NCBI RefSeq assembly: GCF_004010195.1
Contig: NC_057756.1
Location: 2,916,776-2,980,775 of the forward strand
Direction of reading: 5' to 3'
From: Chiloscyllium plagiosum
Lineage: Eukaryota
Length of the DNA: 64,000 nt
The position numbers and the translations under genes are program-made. The notes beneath the pieces were generated by a model. It had not been told where the DNA came from. It worked only from the letters and a program-made list of their open reading frames with translations, and made no database searches. How positions within the stretch are numbered: the stretch's first letter is position 1; the number at the start of each line of letters is the position of its first letter. Shown in pieces: positions 26,590-40,140 of the stretch.

Positions 26590-29078
26590 AGCAATTTATC
26601 ATTCTGTTACGTTTCTAATGGAGTTAAGTTATTCCAATTCTCAATTCATTTGTTTGTATATTTACAGAAGTTCTTAAAAAAAGTGTATTTTGCTTCAAGT
26701 ATTATAGCTTGTGCAATCGAATTGTTTCTTAAGAACTAAGCTTTACATGTGCATTAATAAGAAAAGATGGAGTTGATGCAATATTCTTAAAATATGTTGA
26801 GGAGAATTCGTCTTGTCCACTTCAAATTTGAGAATCTTGTCGGGATCAATATCCCAAATAGCGTGTTGTGTTTGGGATTCTTGGTCTCAAACACAATGCG
26901 TCGTGAATCTTCATGTGTACTTTCAGTTGTTGCACTTTGTTGGTATAAACAGGATGTGTCTTGTGTGGTAAATGCTCTTTACGACAATGCAACTTTTACG
27001 GAGTTGAAAGAAGCCCTTCAAGGGGTTTACTTTTACAGAATTGAGAAAGGGTAATGTTTTGGGTTTGGGAGACAAGCAGGAGTTGGTGATACTTCATTTT
27101 TCTGTGTGAAAAGTGGAGTTACTTATAGCATTAGCTCGACGTTTACGAATGGTAGAAATGCCATTCAAACTTTGGAAATGGTAAGTATTTGGTTAAAAAT
27201 GGAGCAGCCTGAATTCGAGGCTTAATGAAGAAATTAAACAATTTTAATAGAAATCGAAAACAGAAGAAAACGCAAAAAAAGAAGAGAACATAACTATACC
27301 AGAGGGAAATAAAAGGAGAGGAAAGCCATAAAATAACTTCATAAACAGAGTGATTCTGTACTTCTGAGTTTAGAACTGAAAATTCATGCTCGATTTTAAA
27401 TGGCAGAAGTACCATTGAAATTGGGGAGCAGTAATGAGGTGAATAATGAAGAAATATCAAATGGTAGTAAACGTCGATTCAGCATTTTTTAAAAAAAATC
27501 TCGAAGCATTGCCTTAGTTAGACGAAAAGGACGTAGAAGACATTCTCAGATTATTTGATAAGGTGGTTAAACAGAAGGAATGGCCAATTACCATTTCTGG
27601 TTATTCGAGATCCATGCAAAGTTTGTAGGTAGATCTAGTGATGCATTTGCATCACGATCAGAAGAGAGTTTGGGGAGTGCGTAGAGGTGTTAAAAAGGCA
27701 TATTGAGTGAATATGAACTCATACCACACGCCTACAGAAAACTTTTTTATGTGTCTAAAATGGAACTGTTCTGATAACACAGAGTTTGAACGAATTGAGA
27801 AAACAAACTTTGACAGTTGGTTCAATGCATTGCAAATAGATGAAACATACAGAAAGAAAGGATGAAGCAAGGTAATCTTGAATGGTAGTCAAATCAATTG
27901 GATAGGCATCTGTTTTGGAGAAGTGAAAAAAAAATCACTTCTTGCAGTGGTGGCAACTGATCAGGAAGAATGTAGTGTGAAGATGGCTAAATATGCAATG
28001 GAACCTTCAGACGATTATGACTTAACTCATAAATCCTGGATTGGACTCCGACATTAACATCAATTGGGGTTTCAAAATTGGGCAAAAATAATATCCTTAA
28101 ATTGTGAAGGGAAAGAACATCTCATTTGAAATAGTTAAGACTGTTTTCCAGAGGATGAAAAGGAAAGCCATGAAAGTGAAACAAAAGTTAAACAGAATTT
28201 GCCTTGACTAAAAAAGTATGCCACTTGAAGTCTCAAAAAGGAAATTTTTAAAGAAGTTTAATTACAATTGAAAGCACATGTAAAAAAAAAACTACAAGAT
28301 TATACAACTGCAGCATAGGGAATATGAAAGGAAAGGAAGGCACTACCTGAATGAAGTGTGGAACAGAGTTGTTTTGATCTTCGGAGTTGGACTTAAAATC
28401 TCATGCTTGATTTAAAATAATGGTGATACCAGTAAAATGGTGGAGTTTTGATGAGGACAATAATGGAGAGTTTCGAAAAATTACTCTGAGCAAAATGTAA
28501 AAACAAACATAAACAAACAGGAAAACGCAGTGAACTCTGATGACGAGTTAAAAGAAACGATAGTGGAAGCTAAAACGCTCCAAAAACATGTATTACCAGA
28601 TCAGGGAATGGTTCTGAAGAAAGATCCAAGTGCCTTTCAAGAATGCATTTGCTTTGGTAGAAGTTACTCAAAATGTCAGGAACAATAGATGAACAAATTG
28701 GAAATGAAGGGGCTTGGGATGGAGTCAATCTTTGTTCGTGAGCAAGGTGGAGATACGTAAATCACAAAAAAAGAATTGTCATCTAAAAGTGATACCATGT
28801 AGAATTTACGGTAAGAATAGCAGTGCTCCATTAGATAAGGTGAGGTTGGAGATTCCGGTGAAAATTAGTGAAGTATTGATCGGAGTAATAGGAAAAAATC
28901 TCTTTACTACAAATGCCGTTTAACCTTGTGAATGATATCTTCGGATCAAAGATGGGAGTGTTGAATCCTTCGATGTAATGTCAGAGAAAACTCAGACAAC
29001 TATGATGTTGAAAGAACTTGAAAATATTCACTTTGTCCTTAAACTTTGCATGTTTTATTTTCCCAAAACCATTTAATG
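26590..29078 (+). mobile_element. Gmr1-like Gypsy 5' block, copy 1 (LTR 3' end, degenerate PBS, gag, protease)
   Basis: Gag-like DEKDVEDILRLFDKVVKQKEWP near 27520. The LTR end resembles 36050-36272. Colinear with 29085-31516. Confidence 0.75.
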
Positions 29079-29084
29079 AGTGGC

Positions 29085-31516
29085 TCGGTAATCTATTGTT
29101 CTGTGAAGTTTTCTAATGGAGTTAAGTTAGTCGAATTCTCGTTCCATTTGTTTGCATTTTTATTAAAGTTTTGTAATTCTACCTTGAACAAATGAATTGT
29201 GTCTTAAGATTTAAGTATCATACGTACCTTAATAAGAAACGTTTGAGTCGATGCGATCTTAAAATATGTTGAGGAGCGTTAATCTTTCCATAGCAAATTC
29301 AGGGGTCATGTCATAATCAATATCCCAAATAGTGTATTGTGTTTAGGATTATTGGTCTCAAATACACTGAGTCGTGAATCTTAAGTGGACACATTTCAGT
29401 TGTTGCATTTGGTTGATTTAAAAGGGATGTGCCATGTGTAGTAATTGATCTTTCAATCAATGCAAAATTTCAAAGTTGTAAGAAGACATGTCAGGTGTTC
29501 TACTTTACAGAATTGAGAAAGGCGAATGTTTTGGGTTTGGGAGACAAACAGGATATGGGGATTTTGTTTCTTGCGAATAGGGGAGTTAATCACAGCAATA
29601 CCTGATGTGTAAGGTTTGCAGAAATGTCATTGAAACTTTGGAAATGGCAGCTCCTCAGTTAAAACAAAAAAGCAGCTGAATTTGAGGGTTAAAAAGAAAT
29701 GAAACCCTTTCCATTTCAATTGAAAACAGAAGGAACAGTAAAAAATAAAATTTGAATATAACTGTAGCAGAGGGAAAATAAAGGGAAAGGGAGGGCCTCA
29801 CCTGCTGACATGATAAACAGAGTTGAAAATCGGAGTTTGGAACTGAAAACTCATACTCGCTTGGAAATGGCATAGATACCAGTGAAAGGGAAAGTAGTGA
29901 CGAGGACAATAATGAAGAGCAATCACATTGCAGGCAAAAATCTGTTAAGGATTTTTAAAAATATATATCGTACAGTTGCCTAATTCAGACAAATAGGACT
30001 TAGGAGACGTTTTCAGATCCTTTGAAAAGGTGGTTAAACACATGAAATGGCTGCATATTCGTGATCCATACAAAGTTCCTTGGTCGAGCTAGTGAAGCAT
30101 TTGCATCATGATCAGAAAAGATTTTCGGGAGTATGTAGAGGTGAAAAAAGTCATATTAAGTAAACCCGAACTGATACCAGACGCTCATATAAAACGTTTT
30201 AGGAATCTAACCATGGAACTGTTCGGATATATAAAGAGTTTGAAATTATTGGGAAAACGAACTTTGACAGATGGTTGTAAGTATTGCAAAGAGATGAAAC
30301 ATAGAGAATGAAAGCATGAAACAAGGTAATCTTGAAAGATTAATCAAAGCTTTGTCAGTTGATCAAATGCATGCTGTTACTGGACAGTCAACTATTTGGG
30401 AGAAGCAAAAAAAACTTCTTGCAGTGGTAACAATTGATGAGGAAGAATGCAGTATTAAGATGGCCAAATTTGCGATGGAAATGGCAGATTGTTATGATTT
30501 AGTTCATAAATCGAGTATTTAATTCCGACATTAACTTGAATTTGTGGATTTTAAAAATTGAGGAAAAAGAAAACTGAAGTGGTGAAGGGAAAGAATATCG
30601 CATTTGGGATAGTAGAGACTGTTTGCCACTAGTTTAAAAGGGAAACAAAAGATAAACAGAAGTTGATTCCACTAATAAAGAATGCCACTTGAAATCGCAA
30701 AAGGGAATTCAATTAACTACAATGGAAAACATTAGAAAAATATATCAAATGTGATTACAACTGTAGCAGAGAATATGAAAGGAAAGGAAGGCCCTATCCA
30801 AATACAGTGACAAACAGAGTGGTTTTGAATGTAGGGGATTGACCTTAAAACGCATGCACGATTCAAAATGGCAGAAATACCAGTGAAAGGGAGGATCACT
30901 GATGACAACAATAATGGACAGTTTCGAAAGAGTACTTCGAACAATGATGCGGTAAACCATCACAATACAGTCAGCTCTGCTGACGTGGTTAAAAAAAAAA
31001 CTGCAGTGGAAGCTAAAAAGCTACAAAAGCATGTACAACCAGATCAAGGAATGGTTGTGAAGAAAGATCCAGATGTCTTTCAAGAATATACTTCCTTCAG
31101 TAAATGTTACTCATGTATGTCAGGAGTAGTAGATGAGGAAGTTGAAAATTAAGGGGCTTAGGATAGAGTCAATCTTGGTTGGTGAGCAATGAGGAGATAC
31201 GTAAGTCACAAGGAGAGATGTCATGTAAACGTGATACCATGTGGATTTCATGGTGGGAAGAGCAGTGTTCCATTATATAAGGTGAGGTTGGAGATTCTAG
31301 TGAAAGTTGGTGAAGTATTGGTTGGAGTAAAAGGAAAAATCCCGGTACTATAAATGCATTTTATGCTTATGAATAATATAATCAGATCAGAGGTGGGAGT
31401 GTTAGATCCGTGTTTGAAATACCAGTGGAAATTCAAACAAGTAGGGTGTTGAAGGAATTGGAAAATATCCAATTTGTCTTTCACTTTGCCATTTTTTTTC
31501 CAAAACCATTTGATGA
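29085..31516 (+). mobile_element. Gmr1-like Gypsy 5' block, copy 2
   Basis: EYVEVKKVILSKPELIPDAHIKRFRNL (gag 'Y..VK.AIL.AYELVPEAYRQ.FR'-like), AMEMADCYDLVHK, and a protease-like region at about 31150-31400. Confidence 0.78.
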
Positions 31517-31699
31517 AACATGCATTCTGACCAGTCATCTTCAAATTCACTGTCCTTCCTCCTTCATTTCTTCTCAAGTTACAAGCTGTAGCTTTGTGCC
31601 CTTGTACGTACAGAGGAAGCATCCCAGAATAACGTGCATGTTTTTAGTTCTGACAGCAGAGCTGAATTACAAAATATATCTGAAAACCTAAAGCAGTTT

Positions 31700-34500
31700 T
31701 ATCAAACAGCATATACAGAAAAAATATCTTAGTATGTCACAGAAGGTTGCTTTCTTTTTTAAAAAAAGATTTGATTGGAAAACACAGATCATCATTTATT
31801 CACGCAGATGTTAAATGGAAGGAAGGTAAGCCAGTTGCATTATCGTATGGTTAAAAAAAAGGTTTTGCGGGTAGCACATAAATTATCTTTAAAAGCTGGT
31901 TTGGAAGTCAGGACAAGTCAAGCTAAAGGAGGATTCTTTTAAATTGTTCTGAAGTGCATAGGGACGTCAAATAATGGAAACATTTAAGCAGTGATAAACA
32001 TAGGTAAGCTTAATACCATTTGCATTGCGTGCATAGGGCCCCTCCATAAAGAAAAACTAAAAGTGGGTACAAGGATTTTGTGATCATAATTGATGCGTCT
32101 CGTGGATTGCCAGAGGCTGTTCCACAACGTCGTATCAAAACCAAAAGAAATTCAGAGGAGGTACTCTTTTTTTGTTTAACCATGAAGAGATGACACACAG
32201 AGATACAATTCGAAAAAAAAATCGAATTTTACATCAATGTTATTTAAGAGCATTCAGAGCGAAACAATTAAATGCAATGCATATAATTTAGCATGACAGG
32301 GAGCATTAAAACGGTGGCATTTAAAGGCTGTGTGGATGGATTATAGTCAGGAGCATGCAGAGGAATAGGCTAAACGAAAGCCATTTGTATTTTTTTTCTA
32401 AATAAAAACGTACCAAATTAATGAGCTAAATTCACTAAATTTGAATCGATTTAATGCGTTCGAAAGTGGGACACTGAAATTAATTAAGGCAAATTCGTGA
32501 AGTCAGTTTTCAGAGTCCACACTATTCGCATATGAGCTCAATTTCACTGAAGATTCACTAAAAGGGATGAGTTGGCTGGATAGCATTAAAACAGCAGGAA
32601 AAAAGTAGCATTAATTAATCTGCAATTGGATGCAGGATAGCACTGCAGATCAATAGTTAGCACTGCTACCTGATTGTACTTGGAACCCTCGTTCAATTAC
32701 ACCTCCGTGTGAGTATCTGTGTGGGCTTTGCACTTTCTCCCTCAGGCAGCATGGAATACCTCTGGGTGTGCCCGTTTCCTCCCACAGGCAAAGCGATGCA
32801 GTTTAGGTAGATTGGCCATTGTAAATTGACCAAATTGCGAAGTGAGTGCAGGCTAGATGAAATAGCTACAGGAAATGCAGGTATGCGTGGATAGGATAGG
32901 AGGCGCATCTGGATGGGATGCTCCTCAGATGGTCATTCTGGTCCCAATGGGGCGAATTGCCTGCATTTCCACTGCAAGGAGGAAATCAAAATATTGTGAT
33001 TTTGTAACTGCCGATAAAGTGCTAGTGTTAGTCTGAGTGTAATCTTTCAAGAGAAGGGTTACTGGATCTTATGAAACAAAAATGGTATTGATTACGCAAA
33101 ATAGTTTGATGAGAACATCAGATTAAAAAATAATAAATCGCACAGTTGGGACAATGTCAATATGCTCAAACTTATTTTGATAGGTAAGGAAAGCAAAATG
33201 GTTTAAAACAGTGATACTGTTTACAACACAGAGGGAAGAACCAATTTCAGATGATTCTGAACTGGACTTGGATCAACTTAAATTGGACAATTAGGAAGTA
33301 AGTTCTCAAGAATTGGGTTAAATTCTTAATTAAATTCTGAATATTTATTTCAATCAGGTGGGGCAATATGTGAAAAGAAGCTGTGTGGACTAAACATATT
33401 GAATGTTATGTATATTTAGAGAATTCTGTTCCACTTAAGCAACATGCGAATGTGATTATACTTCTAAAGTTGGCACAGTTTTAAAAAAAAAACACGTTTA
33501 GCTGTGCTCAAAAACAGTTTAGTTAAAGTAAGTTGCAACCCATGAAGCTTATTCATAGTCGTGTTGCCAAACCCAGATGCTGTCCAACGACTAAGAGGGG
33601 ACTTTCACAAAGTCAAGGCAGTCACAAAACCTGGTTTGCATCCTATTCCATGTTTGGAAGACTGCATTAAGAATGTTAGACAAGCAACTTATAATTCCAG
33701 GATGGACATAATCAGAGGATACTGTCAGGTACCTTTGAATGAGTGAACAAAGTCAATTGCAGTTTTCGTGACACCAAATGGAGTGCACAAATTTAAAGGC
33801 ATGACATTTGTTGTCAAAAATGCATCAGTCACATTTAAAAGACGAAGTAATGAAGTCATTTTAGCATTACTGAATCAGGACTTGTAAATAGACAATCTGT
33901 TGATTTTAGTCCCATTTGAAAGAATATTTTGAGCATCAATTTTAATAATTCGATCCACTTTGCAAGGTGGTCTTCGTGTTAAAACTGGTTAAAGTACGTT
34001 CGAAATAGTCCAAGTCTTGTTCTTGGGGCATACTTTTCGAAATGGTCAAATGGGCACCAGGGAATGGTTTGAATGGTTTGAGAAATGTCAAAAGACACCT
34101 GAAAACCGTACAACTCTGTTCAACATTGCTCCCCCTTTGCATAACCTAATTATGTAAAGAGATTCAGGTAGGCTATTGAAGAGAATGAGGTACTTGTTGC
34201 TGCTGTACTCTCAGAATAAGACATTGAAAACATAAAAAAGCATACTTTTGTTTCCCTGAAAATTTAATAATAACCAACAGAAATATTAGAAACTTGCAAA
34301 TAAGACCTTGTGTTTGATGTTTCCATTGCAAAACGTTTCTGTGGCAATTATATATACTGTGCACAACTCTAAAGGATATCTGTAAAACAAATGTAAGATT
34401 GAACTTTCAACTCTGTTTAAATGAAGCTTATTATTGCATTCATTCAGTTTAAAAATAACCTACATGGCATGTCGACAGAATGTAACTTCTAACGTGATTT
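31700..34500 (+). mobile_element. Gmr1-like Gypsy pol remnant in integrase, RT, RNase H order
   Basis: Integrase IACIGPL / TKSGYKDFVIIIDASRGLPEAVP at about 32020-32130 lies upstream of RT PNPDAVQRLRGDFHKVKAVTK...PIPCLEDCI...DIIRGYCQVPL at 33561-33746. Confidence 0.8.
32630..32980 (+). mobile_element. HE1/V-SINE-like tRNA-derived SINE inserted in the Gypsy pol
   Basis: tRNA-like head (gttagcactgct...gttcaatt), V-domain-like tctgtgtgggctttgcactttctccc, and a gattggccat...aaattg core. Confidence 0.75.
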
Positions 34501-35637
34501 ATGTGACTCTTAAGAAAGTCACCCTTGTGGCGGGCTGAAAAAGACTGATTTGGGCTGCAGCACTGAATACTTGCACGCATATGGTCTTTGCAATTTCTAC
34601 GAGTTGGACCGTACTGATAGTGTAATGCTAATAGAGTCCAAAAGATGAAACCATCTTTATATATTGATGGATCACTATTTTAAAGTGAAGAGATGAAACA
34701 ATAGTTTTAACTAGTGCAGTTTGTCCTTTTTTATGAGGAGAGATTGAGGCAGAGTGACATTCCAGTCTTCTGACAGCCAATAGAGGCGTTGGGAAGTCAG
34801 CTTGAAAAGAATGTGGAGTTTTATTTTAAACAAATGAGCTAATATAATCTGGCAGAATGATTGGGATATCTCACAGAGAACCAGGATCATTAATATTATC
34901 TTTCTGCAGTTGGTGTGGTCTTGCAGATGAAAGTTGAAGTTCCTTTTTCTGTCTATTTTTACAGCAAAAATCTGAGATGCTCTTCCTGCTGCTCTAATTA
35001 TTTGCGAGGCAGTATGTTTTATTGACATTGCAGTTGACAAGGGCATGCTTCTGGGATGTTGGTATATTGGATCAAAATAATCAATTTGTTTATTATTTTG
35101 TTACATAAATCATTAAAGTTTCAGTTAGGCCTTTTTAAAAAACATTTTGTGTTATTTACCGATGACATCTGCATTAAGTGTATTTTCCGTCAAGCCTGAT
35201 AGTGTGATAAATCCAATTGCACCCAGTATGTAACGCTTGTTACCTAGTTTTAAAATGAGTAAAAAGTTACTTTCTAGCCTATTGGCTTGGCATATTCCAC
35301 AATTGAGAATGAGGCTTTGTTTTTGGTGATGGCACTGCAAAATTTCGGTAACGTTTCTGTGGCAATTACATGTACTGTTCACAATATTAAAGGAGCTGTG
35401 AGCACAATTTCCAGAATGACACAACAACTAATTTGTCTCCTTGATGATTAGAACCAGACAGAGTCAGTGGCAGAAAACAAATCTAGATTCAAATGGCACG
35501 TAGTCTCGAGTTTTTCCATGCTTAGATTCAATGTCATGTACACGCATTGCAGTCTATGAAGAACGCAAGACATCTTTAAAAATAAAACTCCTTCCTTTTC
35601 TTCTCCGGACTGATTGTCTTTTATTTAAGTGGGGAGG

Positions 35638-36272
35638 TGCGACGATGCTGCAGCATTAAAAGGCACATTTTGTTCCTTTTTTTCTGAAAAGAGGTTGGGA
35701 TAAACGCGACGAAGTACTTGTTCCAAGCCGATAAACTAAGTTGCATTTCAGGGTATTTATTTTCTTTTAATTAGAAAGAGGAAGAGATAAAGGGCGGGGT
35801 GAAGCTCGCAGATAAACAGGATTTATTTAAACTTTCAGCAGTTACAGGGATCTTGAAAATGAATGTGGAACTTGTTATTCCTCACCATCTGACAGTTAAA
35901 AGCTTGGAGTGTCTTGCCATTGCTGAAATTTCACGTGCAACGATCTACGTTACCGAATTTGGCTTTGACAACTGCGTGTGAATGGGATTTTAATATGTTT
36001 AAACAGTTGATGTCTCGGAGGTAAATAATGTCTTATTCAGTTATGTTTTCGGATTGGCTTAAGTCATTCATAATCTTATTTTGTTGTTGTTCTTATTGTC
36101 TTTAAGCTGTACTATAAGGAGGAATTGTACGTTGCTTCAAGAATGATAGTTTGACCAATCCTGTTGCTTCTGAAACACAATGCCTGACACATGAATTTAA
36201 AAGTAATTTGAAGAACATCGTGTCTAGGATATCTTCTTAACATATTTTAAGCGGATAAATCGATCCCTAACA
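35638..36272 (+). mobile_element. 3' LTR of the Gmr1-like element (about 635 bp)
   Basis: Purine tract ggggagg (35631-35637) immediately followed by TG; ends ...ccctaaCA. Its 3' part resembles 26590-26825 and 29090-29295. Confidence 0.65.
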
Positions 36273-37143
36273 ACATTCAGCGCCAGTATATTAGAGAGAC
36301 CCGGGGTAAGCATTTACCAGAGGCATATGTTTTAAAAAAAAAACATAAAACCTTCGTTATTAAATGACGATTGGAGAGGCTGGGATTTGTCTTCTCAAAA
36401 AAACTGTCCACCAGCTCCAAGCTACAACTCAAGTGTGCTTCTGAATATTGCCACGCTGCCTACATGACTGCATTTACAATTACAATCAAAACGCCTAACA
36501 AGTTTTATGGAAAATCAACCCGCTTACATGTCACCACGTCCCTAATCAGTCAGGCACACCAGTCTCAATACACAGTAATCATCACTTGCAATTTTTCCTT
36601 TAAGAGACAAATCATCGTAAATTGGAAGACAGAATCTTGAATCTCTGCCGAGCACCTCTACATGTTTATCAACAACATATGATGCCAGTGGAAGAAGATA
36701 AGAGCTCACAACATTTCTTTTTCATATCTCAGAGAGAACTAGTAATGGCAAATTTGTGCCGATCTACACAGAGAAGTTCTCTTTCTATTACAGATGACAT
36801 TGATTTTAAAAAAAAAAAACTCGTTGCCTGTCATTTCAATGGCAAAATGTGCAAGTACATCCGAAAAGCAAAGTATCAAGAGATGGAACGAATGTATGAA
36901 TGTATAAAAGAGCTGCATGTAAGTTGATTATGAGCGAAATCAACAACTTTCAGAGATTATATTTTTTTTATCAAAATTATTGCAAATCAATCTGTTGTCT
37001 CTTCTAATTTGAGCATTTACCCAAACCTCAAATGTAACATTGTCCGAAAATTTTACAGAAAAAGGTTAGGTTGCTCTATTAAATGTTAGCAAAAATGAAA
37101 AATTGTCAAAATAAGATATATTTTTATTGTTATTTATTTGCAG

Positions 37144-37173
37144 AATTCCAAAGATGGAAACAGTCTAATTGTG
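37144..37173 (+). CDS. Candidate micro-exon E5 (30 nt, phase 1-1): EFQRWKQSNC
   Basis: Long T-rich acceptor tttttattgttatttatttgcAG; donor GTG|GTCAGT; open in phase 1. Confidence 0.6.
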
Positions 37174-38779
37174 GTCAGTTATGTCAATTCTGCAATATAT
37201 AGTCAACAGTGCACAATTATTTATATCTTTGAGGAAATCTATGCAAAGATTGCTGTTTTATATTTTCCTTTGGAAATAATTTAGCTGCACAAGGTGTATA
37301 AAAGAAAACAATGAGCGATTACGAAATGTAACCTTTATATTTAACTCCATCAAGTCTAGGGTAGTTTCATAGTTTCTAAACACGATAGATACACACTTCT
37401 TTGAATCTACATAGTTATTTCTAATTGCATTTTGTTTACTTCGCTTCTGCTGATTTGCCAATGTATAAACGGAAATGTATGTCTACTTGATATATTGCTC
37501 GAGATGAACATGCAGCATCAGATGGATAAAAGGTTCACACGTTTTATGGTATTGCTATGCATATTAATTTTGGGCCAGATTGCAAAAGAAAATGGATAAG
37601 TCCATATTGAAATTTATTTGACAGGGATAGAATTAAGGGTGACATTGAAATGTCACTTAAAATTACGTTAGTTGAACATCACTAGCATATTAGCATTTGC
37701 ACGCTTCATTGCTCTTTCTTTAAAAAATGTCCGAAATATCAGAGAACAGTTTCTTTTGCTGTTAAGATTCTGTAATTAATTATATCTCATTCATTTTTAC
37801 AATGTTAAATGCAAGTCCATGGTATATTCTGATATTTAACGATTGAGGCAAACAATCAGCATTTGATTGTATGCACAGCAGGGAAATAAACACTTTCAAA
37901 TAGAGACTTGAAGTGGCAGAACTGGTAAATTTTGAGATTGCTATCTATTTTGATTTTGGGTAATATCAATGGGGAGATGAAATGCAGATGGCTGACTGCT
38001 TCCCAAACCACGACAATCTGTCGTCCACCTCAACACAACAGACAGATTCTGCCCAACTTTTCAATCTCAGACTGTTTGTCTACATTTACCTGCATGCATC
38101 GTCCATTGTAACCAAAAAAATTAGGAGTGGTGTGCACACAGATCACTTGCTAGTTTCCATACAAATTCGAGTATCGCTGTTATAATATTTGAGGAACTAA
38201 ATGGGGGGACCAAATGGCAAAACACATTAAATCTCTGGTTAGGCAGCGTCGTGGAAAGTAGGTGTAATTATGCATATCATGCACCTAACATGACTGAAAT
38301 ATTTTACTCTGCTACTCATTTTAAAACAAGCCAGTGATAAAGAACAAAAGCAATAACCGCTGGAGAGATTTTCCTGGTCAGGACGCATTTGTTGATCGAA
38401 GGTAAAGTTAAATTGTCTGCTCCAAATGACTTAAGACTAACTGTCACTGGAATATGCAGAAGACAGGGGATAGGGTAAGAACGGGAAGGAGTAAGTAATA
38501 GATATAGATGGAACATAGAAGGAGCGAAAGATAGTTAGCACCCACAAAAAAAGGTAGATAACAGTAGGCCATGAAGAAAAAAATGCGGCTCAAAACGACA
38601 ATAATAGGAACAAAATAGTTTTCTGTGTTGTACCCATTCCATCATCAACCCGAGGTTATGGGAATGATTAATGAACAAGTGAAGAGTAAAAGCTTTGGAA
38701 AATAAACATATCAAAAGGCTGTAGTGTCCCTCAGCATAAATGCTATTCATTCAGCCTGTGCTCAGCCTGGAAAAGAATA

Positions 38780-39290
38780 GAATTTGGACACATAATTCAG
38801 TGTCGTGTTGAAGTGACAAAAAGCTGTAACTTTTTGTCCTTTTGTCGACAGAGTGTAGCGGTCTGCTAGGGGTTCACCTGTCTTGGTCTCATCTACTCAG
38901 TGTAGAGATGATGACATTGTGAGCAGAGAATAGTACAGAACGGATTGAACGATGCATGTAAATCAATGCTTCACCTGAAAGTTGTGTCTGACCGTTGATA
39001 GTGAGTGGGACTGGATGGAAAATAGCATTTTTTACATTACGTGGGAAGGTGCACTTTCTATGACAAGTTGTTGACATTGCAGGTAAGGTGAACAAGGCTG
39101 TTCATCTCAGTCTATGGTGGCATCACGCTGTTGAAACCTATTTGATCTAGATGTTTGTGGGGTGGAAAGTGAGGAGCAGCTGAATAAGGGAAGAGAATGA
39201 GTCAGGGCAGAAGTGCAGGAAATGGACCAGATAAGACTGAAGACATTACTAATCACAATGGCACTGATTGCTCACGAGAGGAAAAATAAT
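38780..39290 (-). mobile_element. Old PLE-like remnant
   Basis: Purine-rich text weakly resembling the reverse complement of the PLE C-terminal region seen at 53200-53750. Confidence 0.4.
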
Positions 39291-39844
39291 AATAAGTACA
39301 AGAGAAGTAAAGCTAATTTCTTTCCATTTATTACGATCAATAGGCTCCATTTGCTGAAATTCATATTGATTGCACTACTGTTGAGCAATGTGTCTGCTCT
39401 CTTTTTGAATCTGTGACAAATTAAACAAGCAAAATGAACAAACATTAATTGGAAGATTATTTCCTTTATCTCCATTATGCAATATCACATCGCTCATTCA
39501 CAGTTAATAACATAAAATCCGAACATATGAAAGCATTAATTCCTTGAGGCCGTTTCGTATTTCCTATGGAAGACAAGTTAATAACTCCTCTTATATTTGA
39601 CAACATCCTCATTGTCCACTTTAATTTGAGGAATGTACAGTGTAACATCATCTCCACTTGGTTCTTCATTTTGTGATTTAACGGGTAATACATTCTCACT
39701 TTGCTTCTCTTCCTTGTCAAATTACTTTTTTATTACTATTCGCAATCATCTCTTTCACAAAGGGGAACTGGGAAGGTTAATCACTGTGTACTTGCAACTT
39801 TGCCACAGGTGTAGCAACCGCATGCCACAGATTAAGTACAAAGG

Positions 39845-40140
39845 CCTAGTGGTATTGCCTCTAGCTTATCTGTCCAGAAATTCAGCTGAAATTCCGGGGT
39901 ACTAATTTCAAATCCTGACCAGTCAGATGGTGCAATTTGAGTTCAATGCTAATTTTTATTTAAGTGTCTAATGATGTCTAATTCAGAAATCCATCTGATT
40001 TATTAATATCTTGTCTTTCGGGAGGAATTTTCCACCATTGCCTTGTTTGGCCTGCAGGTGACTCCAGGCACATAGCAATGTGGTTGACTCATAAATGCCC
40101 TCTGTACAAGGAGGGGAATAATTGATTAACAGCTAGTGAG
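39845..40140 (+). mobile_element. SacSINE1/DeuSINE-like SINE
   Basis: Head ggcctagtggta...ttcaaatcc; conserved core gtgactccaggcacatagcaatgtggttgactcataaatgccctctg. Confidence 0.7.
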
